A stretch of 64,000 nt of DNA from Solirubrobacterales bacterium (GCA_045805765.1 JBJMKN010000066.1:1377-65376), one strand, 5' to 3'. Shown: positions 1-9,256, numbered from the stretch's first letter. Numbers and translations: made by a program. Notes: a model not told the origin generated them from the letters alone.

Positions 1-2172
1 GAGCGTTTTCGCTTTCGGCTGCGTGGTCAGGTCGGGGCCCCCGTTGCCTCCCATCCCCGTGGCGCCGTGGCAGACCGAGCAGTTTTCCGAGAAGACGGCT
101 TTGCCCGCCATCGCGTCGCCGCCGGCCGATTCCTCTTCGACGTTTTCTTTGCCTTCTTTGCCGCCGCCCGCAGCTTCCTCCGGCGAGCCTTCGGATTCCT
201 CGACCTCGGCCTGCGGGGTTTCCTCGCCCGCGTGCTGGCCCTGCTCGCCTTTGCCGCCGCCTTCGACCTCTTCCATCTCGCCTTCGAGCGAGAAGAGCCA
301 GAGGTTGTCGCCGTGGGCGCTGGCGGCGAGCGAGTTGCCGCCGGCGTAGAAGGCGACGTACTCCTTGCCCTCCCATTCGAAGATCGCCGGCGTCGTGTTG
401 GCGCCGGCGCCCGTCTGGAAGGACCACAGCTCGTCCCCGCTCTCGGCGTCGAGGGCGGTCAGCTCGCCGCTCGAGCGGCCGACGAAGACGAGGTTGCCGG
501 CGGTCGTGGTGGTGCCGCTGTAACAGGATTCGCCTTCCAGTTCGCGCTGCCACTCGATCTCGCCGGTCTCCACGTCCTGCGCGGTGATCGTGCCGTCGTA
601 GGTGCCGAACCCGGTCAGGGTCAGCACGCTGGAGAGGTAGACGTCGCCGAGGCTGAGTTTTTCCAGCGCATGGGTCATGTAGCCGGCGTAGCCGGAGATG
701 CCGCAGATGTAGACGTCGTTGGTGTTGCGGTTGAAGCTCGAGGGCGGCCAGTTGGTGCCGCCGGACGGCCCCGGCGCCAGCACTTTCATGTTGCTGCCGA
801 AGGGATCGAAGATCTCGCCGGGGCTGACGTCGACGTCTTCGCCCTTGAAGGTCTCCTTCGCCAGCTCCTCGATTTCCTTGAACTGGCCTTCGGTGACGTC
901 GTGGGTGACGAACGGCTCGGTCAGCGGGTAGGGCTGCGTATCCCAGGTCGCCTGCTGCTCTTTGTTCTGCGGCACCGGTTTCTCGACGATCTTGTGGACC
1001 GGCTCGCCGGTTTCGCGGTTCAGCATGTAGAGCCATCCCGTCTTGCCGGGCTGGCTCAGGCCCTTGACCTCTTCGCCGTCGATCTTGGCGTTCCAGAGGA
1101 CGACCGGGCTGGGCGCGTCATAGTCCCAGATGTCGTGGTGGACCTCCTGGAAGTGCCACTTGTACTTGCCGGTGGCGGCGTCGATGGCGACGATCGAGGC
1201 GGTGAAGAGGTTTTCGCCGGGCCGGCCGCTGCCGTTGAGGTCCGGCGAGGCGTTGCCGGTCGAGAAATAGAGCATGTTCAGTTCGGGGTCGACCGCCGGC
1301 GTGTTCCAGACCGGGGCGCCGCCTTCCTTCCAGCCCTTGCCGCCTTCCCAGGTCTCGTGGCCTTCTTCCCCCGGCCCCGGGACCGTCCAGAATTTCCACT
1401 CGATCTTGCCCGTCTTCGCATCGACGGCGGTGAGGCGGCCGCGGATCCCGAACTCGCCGCCAGAGACGCCGGAGTAGACGCGGCCGTTGTAGTAGAGCGG
1501 CGCCGAGGTGACGGTTTCGCCTTTCTGCCACTTGCCGATCATCGCTTTCCATTTCACTTCGCCGGTCGTCTGGTCGAGCGCGACGAGGCTGCCGTCGAGC
1601 TGGCCGAGGAAGACCATCCCCTCGCCGATCGCGACCCCGCGGTTGGTCCAGCCGCAGCAGACGGTGTCGATCTCCGGCGGCAGTTTCGCTTCGTAGACCC
1701 AGAGCTTCTTGCCGGTCTCGACGTCGACCGCGAAGACGTCGTCGGCACCGGTGACCACGTACATCACGCCTTCGTAGACGATCGGCGTCGCCTCGGCGGA
1801 GTATTTGGTTGCCTCGGCGGAGCCGTTGAGGTGGGTCATCCAGACGCCCTTCAGGTCTTCGACGTTGTCGCTGTCGATTTCGTCGAGCGGCGAGTAGCGC
1901 GCGTTGGAGAGGGCGCCGCCGTTGGTGAGCCAGTTCTGGCGCGGGTCGGCGGCAAGCTCCTCGGCGGTGAAGGCGGGCGCTTTGGCGATGTCGCCGACGG
2001 TCTCGCCCCCTGGCGCGGCGGAGCGGGCGGCGACGGTTTCGGTCACCGTCTTCTCGTCGCTGTTGGCGTGGCCGATCAGGTAGCCGATCGCGAAGGCGAC
2101 GAGGGCACCGGTGAGGAGAGCGCCGAGGCCGGCGAGAGCGAGGACTGGTGCAGACGGACGTTTGCCTCTCAC
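1..2172 (-). CDS. PQQ-dependent quinohemoprotein-type alcohol/aldose dehydrogenase, N-terminally membrane anchored; C-terminus runs off the window
   Basis: Absent from the ORF track because there is no stop inside the window. My reverse-strand translation from GTG (2172) reads VRGKRPSAPVLALAGLGALLTGALVAFAIGY (TM anchor), then NWLTNGGALSNARYSPLDEI and GVMYVVTGADDVFAVDVETGKKLW. It also shows DTVCCGWTNRGVA (vicinal Cys-Cys of quinoprotein ADHs, about 1640-1672) and repeated Trp-containing propeller blades. An acidic/Gly linker is followed by a haem-c CSVCHG motif at about 62-79. The frame stays open to nt 1. Confidence 0.85.
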   Translation of the reverse strand, partial: MRGKRPSAPVLALAGLGALLTGALVAFAIGYLIGHANSDEKTVTETVAARSAAPGGETVGDIAKAPAFTAEELAADPRQNWLTNGGALSNARYSPLDEIDSDNVEDLKGVWMTHLNGSAEATKYSAEATPIVYEGVMYVVTGADDVFAVDVETGKKLWVYEAKLPPEIDTVCCGWTNRGVAIGEGMVFLGQLDGSLVALDQTTGEVKWKAMIGKWQKGETVTSAPLYYNGRVYSGVSGGEFGIRGRLTAVDAKTGKIEWKFWTVPGPGEEGHETWEGGKGWKEGGAPVWNTPAVDPELNMLYFSTGNASPDLNGSGRPGENLFTASIVAIDAATGKYKWHFQEVHHDIWDYDAPSPVVLWNAKIDGEEVKGLSQPGKTGWLYMLNRETGEPVHKIVEKPVPQNKEQQATWDTQPYPLTEPFVTHDVTEGQFKEIEELAKETFKGEDVDVSPGEIFDPFGSNMKVLAPGPSGGTNWPPSSFNRNTNDVYICGISGYAGYMTHALEKLSLGDVYLSSVLTLTGFGTYDGTITAQDVETGEIEWQRELEGESCYSGTTTTAGNLVFVGRSSGELTALDAESGDELWSFQTGAGANTTPAIFEWEGKEYVAFYAGGNSLAASAHGDNLWLFSLEGEMEEVEGGGKGEQGQHAGEETPQAEVEESEGSPEEAAGGGKEGKENVEEESAGGDAMAGKAVFSENCSVCHGATGMGGNGGPDLTTQPKAKTL

Positions 2173-2221
2173 GTTGACGCTGCGTCTACCCAGTTCGGCG
2201 CCCGGCTATACCCTCACCTCG

Positions 2222-3160
2222 GTGCGGGTCCTCGTCGTCACCAACTTCATGCCCGACGCCGGCGCTCCGCAGCGGGGACGCTGGGTGCGGGACCAGGTGG
2301 ACGAGGTGCGCAAGCGCGGGGTCGAAGCCGACCTCTTCGCCTTCCCGCCGGGGCGGGGCGAGTACATCCCGGCGACGCGGCGGCTGCGGGCGCTGCTGCG
2401 GCGCGAGCGCTTCGACCTCGTACACGCCCACTACGGCCTCGCCGGCTGGGTGGCGCGGCTGGCCGGCGCGATGCCGCTGATCGTCACCTTCCACGGCACC
2501 GACGTCCGCCACCACCTCGTCGGCCACCTCTCGCGCCGACTCGCCTGGCGCTGCGACCTAGTCGCCGGGGTCTCGCGGGCGCTGTTCGAGCCCGAGGACG
2601 GGCGGCCGGGACTGCCGGCGGTACCCGGCTCGGCCGTGCTCCCGTGCGGCCCGGACCTCGAGCGCTTCGAGCCGCTGCCGCGGGCCGAGGCCAGGCAAGC
2701 GCTCGGCCTTCCAATCGACGGGCGCTTCCTCTTCTTTCCTGCGAACACGCTCCGGCCGGAGAAGCGCGCCGACCGCGCCACCGAACTGATGGTCGCCTGC
2801 GAAGGCGAGTTGCTCGCCGGCGGCTCGATCGAGCCGGAGGAGATGCCGCTGTGGATGAACGCCGCCAATGCGGTGGTTGTCACCTCCGACTACGAGGGCT
2901 TCGGGATGGCCGCGATCGAGGCACTCGCCTGCAATGTGCCCGTCCTCTCGACCCCGGTCGGGATCGCGCCCTACGCTGTCGGCGGGGTCGAGGGCTGTCT
3001 CTGCGCTCCCTTCGACGTCGAGGCGTGGGCGGCGGTGGCACGGCGTCATCTCGAAGCCTCCGACCCGCGCGTCCAGGGCGCCGCGAGGGCGGCAAGCCTC
3101 TCCGCCGGCGCGATGGCGGAGCGGGTGATCGAGGCCTACCGTGCGGTCGTAATAGATTGA
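2222..3160 (+). CDS. Glycosyltransferase, GT-B fold (GT4/GT1 family)
   Basis: ORF 2111..3160 trimmed to the in-frame GTG at 2222 (VRVLVVTNFMPDAGAPQRG...). It has HAHYGLAGW and TFHGTDV in the N-domain and SDYEGFGMAAIEALACNVPV in the C-domain. Confidence 0.85.
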   Translation: MRVLVVTNFMPDAGAPQRGRWVRDQVDEVRKRGVEADLFAFPPGRGEYIPATRRLRALLRRERFDLVHAHYGLAGWVARLAGAMPLIVTFHGTDVRHHLVGHLSRRLAWRCDLVAGVSRALFEPEDGRPGLPAVPGSAVLPCGPDLERFEPLPRAEARQALGLPIDGRFLFFPANTLRPEKRADRATELMVACEGELLAGGSIEPEEMPLWMNAANAVVVTSDYEGFGMAAIEALACNVPVLSTPVGIAPYAVGGVEGCLCAPFDVEAWAAVARRHLEASDPRVQGAARAASLSAGAMAERVIEAYRAVVID

Positions 3161-3164
3161 CGCG

Positions 3165-3536
3165 ATGAGCGCTGAACCCGGTGCCGCAGGAAAGAGCCTC
3201 GAGGAGCAGATCCGCGAGGCCGAGCGCCGGCTGGAGGAGGCGGCGACGCTCGCGGCCGAGGCCGAGCAGCGGGCCGAAGAAGAGATCAAGGCGCTGGAAG
3301 CCGACCTTGAGCGCGAGCGCGAAGAGAAGGAGAAGGCGCTGGCCGCGGCCGAGGAGCGGCTCGGCGAGATCGAGGCCCAGGTGGAGACGGCCGAGCAGCG
3401 GGTCGAGGCGGCCGAGCGGCGCGCCGCCACCGCCGAGGAGACTGTCGCCGACGAGCTGGCGCGCGCCCGCGAGGGCGCGGCGAGCTGGCTGCAGGGACAG
3501 CTGGACTCGGTGCGCCGGGGGGCTGAGGGCCGATAG
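3165..3536 (+). CDS. Hypothetical coiled-coil protein (E/A/R-rich)
   Basis: ORF track. The ATG lies 4 nt after the glycosyltransferase stop. Codons are GC3-rich and the sequence is heptad-like (EAERRLEEAATLAAEAEQRAEEEIKALEADLERE...). No recognisable family. Confidence 0.55.
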   Translation: MSAEPGAAGKSLEEQIREAERRLEEAATLAAEAEQRAEEEIKALEADLEREREEKEKALAAAEERLGEIEAQVETAEQRVEAAERRAATAEETVADELARAREGAASWLQGQLDSVRRGAEGR

Positions 3537-4978
3537 CGGCGGGCGGCGAGTTCGACGTCGCCGTCGTCGGCGGCGGCGCCGCCGGTCTTTGGAGCGCGCT
3601 GCGAGCGGCTGAGCTCGGGGCCCGGGTCTGCCTCGTCTCGCGCACCCCGCTCTCGCAGAGCGCGAGCTACTGGGCCCAGGGCGGCTTGGCGGCGGCGCTC
3701 GAACCCGACGACTCGCCCGAGCGCCACGCCGCCGACACGATCGCCGCCGGGCGCGGCCTCTGCCGCACCGCCGCCGTACGGGCGCTGGTCGAAGAGGCGC
3801 CGGCAGCGGTGCGGGACCTGATCGCCCGCGGGGTCGTCTTCGACCTCGACCACGAGGGGCGATTGGCGCTCGGCCTCGAGGGCGGCCACGCCCACCGCCG
3901 CATCGTCCACGCCGGCGGCAGCCAGACCGGCTACGAGCTGACCTCGAAGCTGGCGCTGTGGGTGGCGGCCCAGGAGCGGGTCGAGGTCAAGGAGCGGACC
4001 TCGGCGGTGGCTCTATGGAGCGACGGCGAGCGCTGCCACGGGGTGATCACCGACGAGGGCGCGGTGGCGGCGCCGGCGACGATCCTCGCCACCGGCGGCG
4101 CGGCGGCACTGTGGCGGCGGACGACGAACCCACGCGGGGCGATCGGCGCGGGCCCCGTCCTCGCCTCCCTCGCCGGGGCCGACCTCGCCGACCTCGAGTT
4201 CTGCCAGTTCCACCCGACGGCGCTGGCGCTGCCGGGGACCGAGCACGACGGCGTCCTCATCACCGAGGCGATCCGCGGCGAGGGCGCAAAGCTGCTCGGC
4301 GCCGGCGGCGAGCGCTTCACCGACGAGCTCGCCCCGCGCGACGCGGTGACCGCGGCGATCCTGGAGACGATGCGCCGCGAAGGGACGCCGTCGGTCGACC
4401 TCGACCTGCGCGAGATCGACCCCGCCCGCTTCCCCAACGTCTTCGCCTCGCTGGCGCGGGCCGGCCTCGACCCCGGCTCCCGTCCCGTCCCCGTCGCCCC
4501 GGCCGCCCACTACACGATGGGCGGGATCGCGGTCGACGTCGACGGCCGCTCCTCGCTGCCGGGACTCTACGCCGTCGGCGAGTGCTCCTGCACGGGCCTG
4601 CACGGCGCCAACCGGCTCGCTTCCAACTCGCTCAGCGAGTGCTTCGTCTTCGGCGGCCGCGCAGCCGCGGCGGCGATCGAGGAGGAGGCCGCGGGGACGA
4701 GGCCGGAGGCTCCGGGGTGGCGTTTCGAGGCGCCGAGCGACGAGACCCGCAACGCCGTCTGGCGCTACGCCGGGCCGATGCGCAACCCCGACGACCTGGC
4801 GCGACTGATCTCGAACCCCTATCCGCTGGCGCGGGCGATCGGCGCCAGCGCCATCGATCGCCGCGAGTCCCGCGGCGGCCACCTGCGCCGCGACTGCCCG
4901 GCCACCGACCCCACGCTGGACGGCATCCACGTCGTCGTCCACCCCGACGGCGGCGTCACCGAGGAAGAGTGGCACTAG
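3533..4978 (+). CDS. nadB: L-aspartate oxidase
   Basis: The ORF track starts at TTG 3686, but the frame is open from 3527 and encodes the FAD dinucleotide-binding motif EFDVAVVGGGAAGLWSALRAAELG upstream of that start. NadB hallmarks are present: SYWAQGG, FCQFHPTAL, EAIRGEGAKL, GLYAVGECSCTGLHGANRLASNSL and ESRGGHLRRDCP. There is no ATG/GTG/TTG between 3527 and 3685; ATA at 3533 is the only near-cognate codon, so the start is uncertain. Confidence 0.8.
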   Translation: MAAGGEFDVAVVGGGAAGLWSALRAAELGARVCLVSRTPLSQSASYWAQGGLAAALEPDDSPERHAADTIAAGRGLCRTAAVRALVEEAPAAVRDLIARGVVFDLDHEGRLALGLEGGHAHRRIVHAGGSQTGYELTSKLALWVAAQERVEVKERTSAVALWSDGERCHGVITDEGAVAAPATILATGGAAALWRRTTNPRGAIGAGPVLASLAGADLADLEFCQFHPTALALPGTEHDGVLITEAIRGEGAKLLGAGGERFTDELAPRDAVTAAILETMRREGTPSVDLDLREIDPARFPNVFASLARAGLDPGSRPVPVAPAAHYTMGGIAVDVDGRSSLPGLYAVGECSCTGLHGANRLASNSLSECFVFGGRAAAAAIEEEAAGTRPEAPGWRFEAPSDETRNAVWRYAGPMRNPDDLARLISNPYPLARAIGASAIDRRESRGGHLRRDCPATDPTLDGIHVVVHPDGGVTEEEWH

Positions 4979-6958
4979 ATGCTGCTCGGGGTCGACGTCG
5001 GGGGGACGTTCACCGACGCGGTCCTGCTTGACGGCGGCGCCGTCCATACCGCCAAGGTGCCGACGACTCCGCGCGAGGAGTCGGTTGGGGTGATGCGGGC
5101 GGTCGCGGCGGTGCTGGAGCGCGCCGGGGCCGAGGCCGGCGAGGTCGAGGCCTTCGCCCACGGGATGACCGTCGGCACCAACGCGCTGCTCGAGGAACGG
5201 GGCGCCCGGACGGCGTTGGTAACTACCCGCGGGTTCGCCGATGTCCTCGAGATCGGCCGCCAGGATCGTCCCGACCTCTACCGTCTCTGCGCGCCGAAGG
5301 CGGCGCCGCTCGTGGAGCGGGAGCTGCGCTTCGAGGCGGCGGAGCGGGTCGGCCCGGAGGGCGTGGTCGAAGCGCTCGGCGACGACGAGCCCGAGCGGCT
5401 GGCGCGCGCGATCGAGGAGAGCGGCGCCGAGGCGGTCGCCGTCTGCCTGCTCTTCTCCTACCTCGACCCCCGCCACGAGGAGCGGATCGCCGCCCACCTC
5501 CGCGAGCGCCTGCCGGGCCTCCACGTCTCCGCCTCACACGAGGTCCTCCCTCGCTTCCGCGAGTACGAGCGCTGCTCAACCACCGTCGTCGACGCCTATC
5601 TCAGCCCGCTGCTCGGCCGCTACCTCGGCAGCCTCGGCGAAGCGACCGCGGTAGCAGGGCTGCCGCAGCCGCTGGTGATGCGCTCTTCCGGCGGAGTCGC
5701 TCCCGCCGAGGAGGCCTCCCGCGGGGGCGCCTGGAGCGTCCTCTCCGGTCCGGCGGGAGGCGCCGTCGGCGCCAGCCTGCTGGCACAGCTGAGCGGCGAG
5801 GGGAACGCCCTCGGCTTCGATATGGGCGGCACCTCCTGCGACGTCTGCGTCGTCGAGGGCGGCGAGGTTCGCCGCACCGACGCGCGCGAGATCGAGGGGC
5901 GCCCGATTCAGCTGCCGATGGTCGACGTCCACACCGTCGGCGCCGGCGGCGGCTCGGTCGGGTGGCGCGACAGCGGCGGCGCCCTCCGCGCCGGCCCCCG
6001 CTCCGCCGGCGCCGACCCCGGCCCCGCCTGCTACGGCCGCGGCGGCAGCGAGCCGACCGTCACCGACGCCAACCTCCTGCTCGGTCACCTCGCCGGCGAC
6101 TCGGAGCTGGCAGGCGGAGTCGCCCTCGACGCCGAGGCCGCCGAGCGCGCCGTCGCCGAGCTCGGTCGCTCGCTCGGCCTGGGGCCGCTGGAGACCGCCG
6201 CCGGAATCGTCCGCGTCGCCAACCAGGAGATGGTGCGGGCGCTGCGCGTCGTCACCGTCGAGCGCGGCGTCGACCCGCGCCGCTTCGCCTTGCTGCCCTT
6301 CGGCGGCGCCGGTCCGATGCACGCGGCGGCGATTGCCGAAGAGCTCGGCATCGAGACGATCCTCTGCCCCCGCGCCGGCGGCGTCCTCTCGGCGCTCGGC
6401 CTCTGCGCCTCGGAGCGCCGCCGCGATACCGCGCGGACGGTGATGCTGAGCGGCAGCGAGCTGACCCGGGAGCGGCTCGCCGCCGAGGTGGCGGCGATGG
6501 CCGCGGAGACCGGCGCCGGGATGGACGAGGAGGCCCAGCCGCGGGTCGTCTACAAGCTGCGATATGCAGGCCAGGCCTTCGAGCTGCCGGTGCCGGGCCC
6601 TGTCGAGCCGGACCCGGAGGAGCTGCTCGCGGCGTTCGAGCGCCTGCACGAGGAGCGCTACGGCCACCGCGACCCCGAGGGCGAGGTCGTCCTCGTCGAC
6701 ATCGACCTGGCGCTGGTCGTGCCGGGGCCGACTCCACGGCCGGTCGCCGCCGCGGAGGGAGTCGAGGAAGGCTCCCGCCGCGTCCACTTCGGCGGCGAGT
6801 GGATCGAGACCCCGGTCCTCCGCGGCGAGCCCGCCGCCGGCACCGAGGTCACGGGGCCGGTCGTCTTCGAGCTGCCCGAGGCGACCTTCGTCGTCCCACC
6901 CGGATGGAAGACGAAGGTCGACGAGCACGGCACGACCGAGGCGCGATGGACCCGATAA
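4979..6958 (+). CDS. hyuA: Hydantoinase A / 5-oxoprolinase subunit A family (ATP-dependent hydrolase/carboxylase beta-type subunit)
   Basis: ORF track. MLLGVDVGGTFTDAVLLDGG at the N-terminus and GFDMGGTSCDV in the second actin-like ATPase motif. The ATG directly abuts the nadB stop (TAGATG). Confidence 0.9.
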   Translation: MLLGVDVGGTFTDAVLLDGGAVHTAKVPTTPREESVGVMRAVAAVLERAGAEAGEVEAFAHGMTVGTNALLEERGARTALVTTRGFADVLEIGRQDRPDLYRLCAPKAAPLVERELRFEAAERVGPEGVVEALGDDEPERLARAIEESGAEAVAVCLLFSYLDPRHEERIAAHLRERLPGLHVSASHEVLPRFREYERCSTTVVDAYLSPLLGRYLGSLGEATAVAGLPQPLVMRSSGGVAPAEEASRGGAWSVLSGPAGGAVGASLLAQLSGEGNALGFDMGGTSCDVCVVEGGEVRRTDAREIEGRPIQLPMVDVHTVGAGGGSVGWRDSGGALRAGPRSAGADPGPACYGRGGSEPTVTDANLLLGHLAGDSELAGGVALDAEAAERAVAELGRSLGLGPLETAAGIVRVANQEMVRALRVVTVERGVDPRRFALLPFGGAGPMHAAAIAEELGIETILCPRAGGVLSALGLCASERRRDTARTVMLSGSELTRERLAAEVAAMAAETGAGMDEEAQPRVVYKLRYAGQAFELPVPGPVEPDPEELLAAFERLHEERYGHRDPEGEVVLVDIDLALVVPGPTPRPVAAAEGVEEGSRRVHFGGEWIETPVLRGEPAAGTEVTGPVVFELPEATFVVPPGWKTKVDEHGTTEARWTR

Positions 6959-8442
6959 CGCTCCAGGTCCTGATCGGCGGGCTGCGCGCGGCTTGCGACG
7001 AGATGGGGGCGACGTTGATCCGCTCCGCCTACTCGGCCAACATCAAGGAGCGCCACGACTGCTCGACCGCGCTCTTCGACGCCGCCGGCGAGCTGGTAGT
7101 GCAGGCCGAGCACATTCCCGTCCACCTCGGCTCGATGCCGGACGCCGTCGCCGCGGTTATCGACGAGGAGCAGCGACCGGGCCGCAGCTGGATCCTCAAC
7201 GACCCCTACCGCGGCGGCACCCACCTGCCGGACATCACCCTCATCTCACCCGTCTTCGCCGACGGGGAGCTGCTCGGCTTCGCCGCCAGCCGCGCCCATC
7301 ACGCCGACGTCGGCGGGCCGACCCCCGGCTCGATGCCGGCCTTCTCCCGGACGCTGGAGGAAGAGGGCGTCGTGATCCCGCCGACCGTGGCCGACTCCGA
7401 GACCCTGGAGGGCCTCGCCGCGCGGATGCGGGCGCCGCGCCAGCGGCTCGCCGACCTGCGCGCGCAGCAGGCCGCCAACCGCGTCGGCGAGCTGCGCCTC
7501 GGCGAGCTCTGCGACCGCCTCGGAGCCGAGGCGCTGCGGGAGGGGATGGCGGAGATCCTTGCCTACAGCGAGCGCCGCACCCGCGCCGCGATCGCCGAGC
7601 TGCCCGACGGCAGCTACCAGGCCGAGGACGTGCTCGAAGGCGACTGGAACGGCGAGGAGCGCGATCTGCTCCTGCGGCTGGAGGCGACGATCTCCGGCGA
7701 GCGCCTGCGACTCGACTTCAGCGGCAGCGAGGAGCAGGCCGATGGCAACCTCAACTGCCCCCTCTCGGTGACGAAGTCCGCCGCCTTCTTCGCGGTCCGC
7801 GTCCTCACCGACCCCGACGGGCCGCCCTCGGCCGGCGCCCACCGGCCGATCGAGGTGGTGGCGCCGCCGGGCTCCCTCCTCAACGCCCGTTTTCCGGCAG
7901 CCGTCGCCGCCGGCAACGTCGAGACCTCGAGCCGCGTCGCCGACCTCGTCCTCGCGGCGCTCGCGCAAGCGCTCCCGGGGCCCGCACAGGGGCAGGGGAC
8001 GATGAACAACCTCACTCTCGCCAGCGACGACTTCGCCTACTACGAGACGATCGGCGGCGGCCAGGGGGCCTGCCCCGACGCCGACGGGCCGAGCGCGATC
8101 CACGTCGCGATGTCGAACACGCTCAACACCCCGACCGAGGCGCTGGAGACGGAATTCCCGCTGCGGGTGCGGCGGCTCTCGCTGCGCCCCGGCAGCGGCG
8201 GCGCCGGCCGCCACAGCGGCGGCGAGGGGATCGTCCGCGAGCTGGAAGCGCTGGCGCCAATGCAGTTCACGCTGATCACCGAGCGCCGCCGGCACCCGCC
8301 GCGGGGGCATGGAGAAGGCGGGGACGGGGCCGCCGGGGCCAACCTCCTCAACGGGGAGCAACTGCCGAGCAAGGCGGCCGGGAATCTGAGGCCAGGAGAC
8401 CGCTTAAAGGTGGAAACTCCGGGCGGCGGCGGGTGGACGTAG
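6946..8442 (+). CDS. hyuB: Hydantoinase B / 5-oxoprolinase subunit B family
   Basis: Real part of ORF 5962..8442. The in-frame ATG at 6946 gives MDPITLQVLIGGLRAACDEMGATLIRSAYSANIKERHDCSTALFD and the NDPYRGGTHLPD motif. It overlaps the hyuA 3' end by 13 nt. Confidence 0.9.
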   Translation: MDPITLQVLIGGLRAACDEMGATLIRSAYSANIKERHDCSTALFDAAGELVVQAEHIPVHLGSMPDAVAAVIDEEQRPGRSWILNDPYRGGTHLPDITLISPVFADGELLGFAASRAHHADVGGPTPGSMPAFSRTLEEEGVVIPPTVADSETLEGLAARMRAPRQRLADLRAQQAANRVGELRLGELCDRLGAEALREGMAEILAYSERRTRAAIAELPDGSYQAEDVLEGDWNGEERDLLLRLEATISGERLRLDFSGSEEQADGNLNCPLSVTKSAAFFAVRVLTDPDGPPSAGAHRPIEVVAPPGSLLNARFPAAVAAGNVETSSRVADLVLAALAQALPGPAQGQGTMNNLTLASDDFAYYETIGGGQGACPDADGPSAIHVAMSNTLNTPTEALETEFPLRVRRLSLRPGSGGAGRHSGGEGIVRELEALAPMQFTLITERRRHPPRGHGEGGDGAAGANLLNGEQLPSKAAGNLRPGDRLKVETPGGGGWT

Positions 8443-8597
8443 GTCACATTTCCCAAATTTCCTCCTTTTTTAGTTGAGATTTCGCTGCACTCCTCTAGAA
8501 TGCGCGCCTCCGGGCGGGCGTGGACAGCCTGTGTAGGCCATTTAGGCACGGCCCGACCCCTGGTTCCAACTACTGAAACTTCTGCTGGATTACTTCA

Positions 8598-9227
8598 ATG
8601 CCGATCGCTCTCAAGGAATGGGCTGTAACGGTCCGCGCTCTCGCGGAGGGCGAGCAGCTGCTCACTCTGCGCAAGGGCGGCATTCGCGAGGAGAACAAGC
8701 ACTTCGAGCTTGAGCACGAGCGGTTCTTCCTCTACCCGACCTTCGACCACCAGCGGAACAACCTGGTCCGCGAATCCCACCACCCCGAGCTGCGCCGCGC
8801 GCTCGAGGAGGGTGTCTGGCCCGACGAGGAGCCGCCGCCGAAAGCCCTGCTCCAGGACGGCGGCATCCCCCAGCCCGACCGCGTCCGGCTGCGCGCCTGG
8901 GCCGAGGTCGTCGACCACGTCACGATCAACGACCGCCGCTCGCTCGACGCGCTCTCGCCCTATTACATCTGGACCCCCGATTACGCCGAAAAGCGGCTGG
9001 CCTGGAAGCGGCGTCACCCGCTCCACGTCCTGCTGCTGCGGGTCCACCGGATCCCGCGTCCGGTCACGGTCCGCGTCCGCGACGAGTACCACGGCTGCCG
9101 CTCCTGGGTCGAGATCGACCGCGAACTGCCCTTCGAGGGCACGCCGGTGATGGCCGACGAAGAGTTCGACCGCGCCCGCGAAGAGATTCGCAACCGCGCC
9201 GGCGCTTCAGAGCCCGCCCTCGTCTAA
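8598..9227 (+). CDS. DUF1802-like protein (family assignment from memory)
   Basis: ORF track. MPIALKEWAVTVRALAEGEQLLTLRKGGIREE...FFLYPTFDHQ resembles the DUF1802 N-terminal signature as I recall it. It is preceded by a 156-nt low-GC spacer with a TAGAAT hexamer at 8496-8501. Confidence 0.65.
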   Translation: MPIALKEWAVTVRALAEGEQLLTLRKGGIREENKHFELEHERFFLYPTFDHQRNNLVRESHHPELRRALEEGVWPDEEPPPKALLQDGGIPQPDRVRLRAWAEVVDHVTINDRRSLDALSPYYIWTPDYAEKRLAWKRRHPLHVLLLRVHRIPRPVTVRVRDEYHGCRSWVEIDRELPFEGTPVMADEEFDRAREEIRNRAGASEPALV

Positions 9228-9256
9228 TCAACCTCCTCGCTCGCTAGCCTCACCTC

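Noticed and set aside
67-3168. 1033-aa plus-strand ORF (and 2558..3910, 4013..5524, 5576..6928 minus-strand ORFs) spanning several genes
   Set aside because: The translations are Arg/Ala/Gly/Pro-rich low-complexity sequence. They lie antisense or out of frame to clearly conserved genes (PQQ dehydrogenase, glycosyltransferase, nadB, hyuA). This is the typical stop-codon depletion artefact of very high-GC DNA.
8444-8465. Minus-strand GGAGG followed 11 nt later by ATG-TGA (a start-stop mini-ORF) just after hyuB
   Set aside because: There is no coding potential (ATG immediately followed by a stop). The strand has no upstream promoter evidence and it sits antisense to the hyuB 3' end. It cannot be distinguished from chance using sequence alone.
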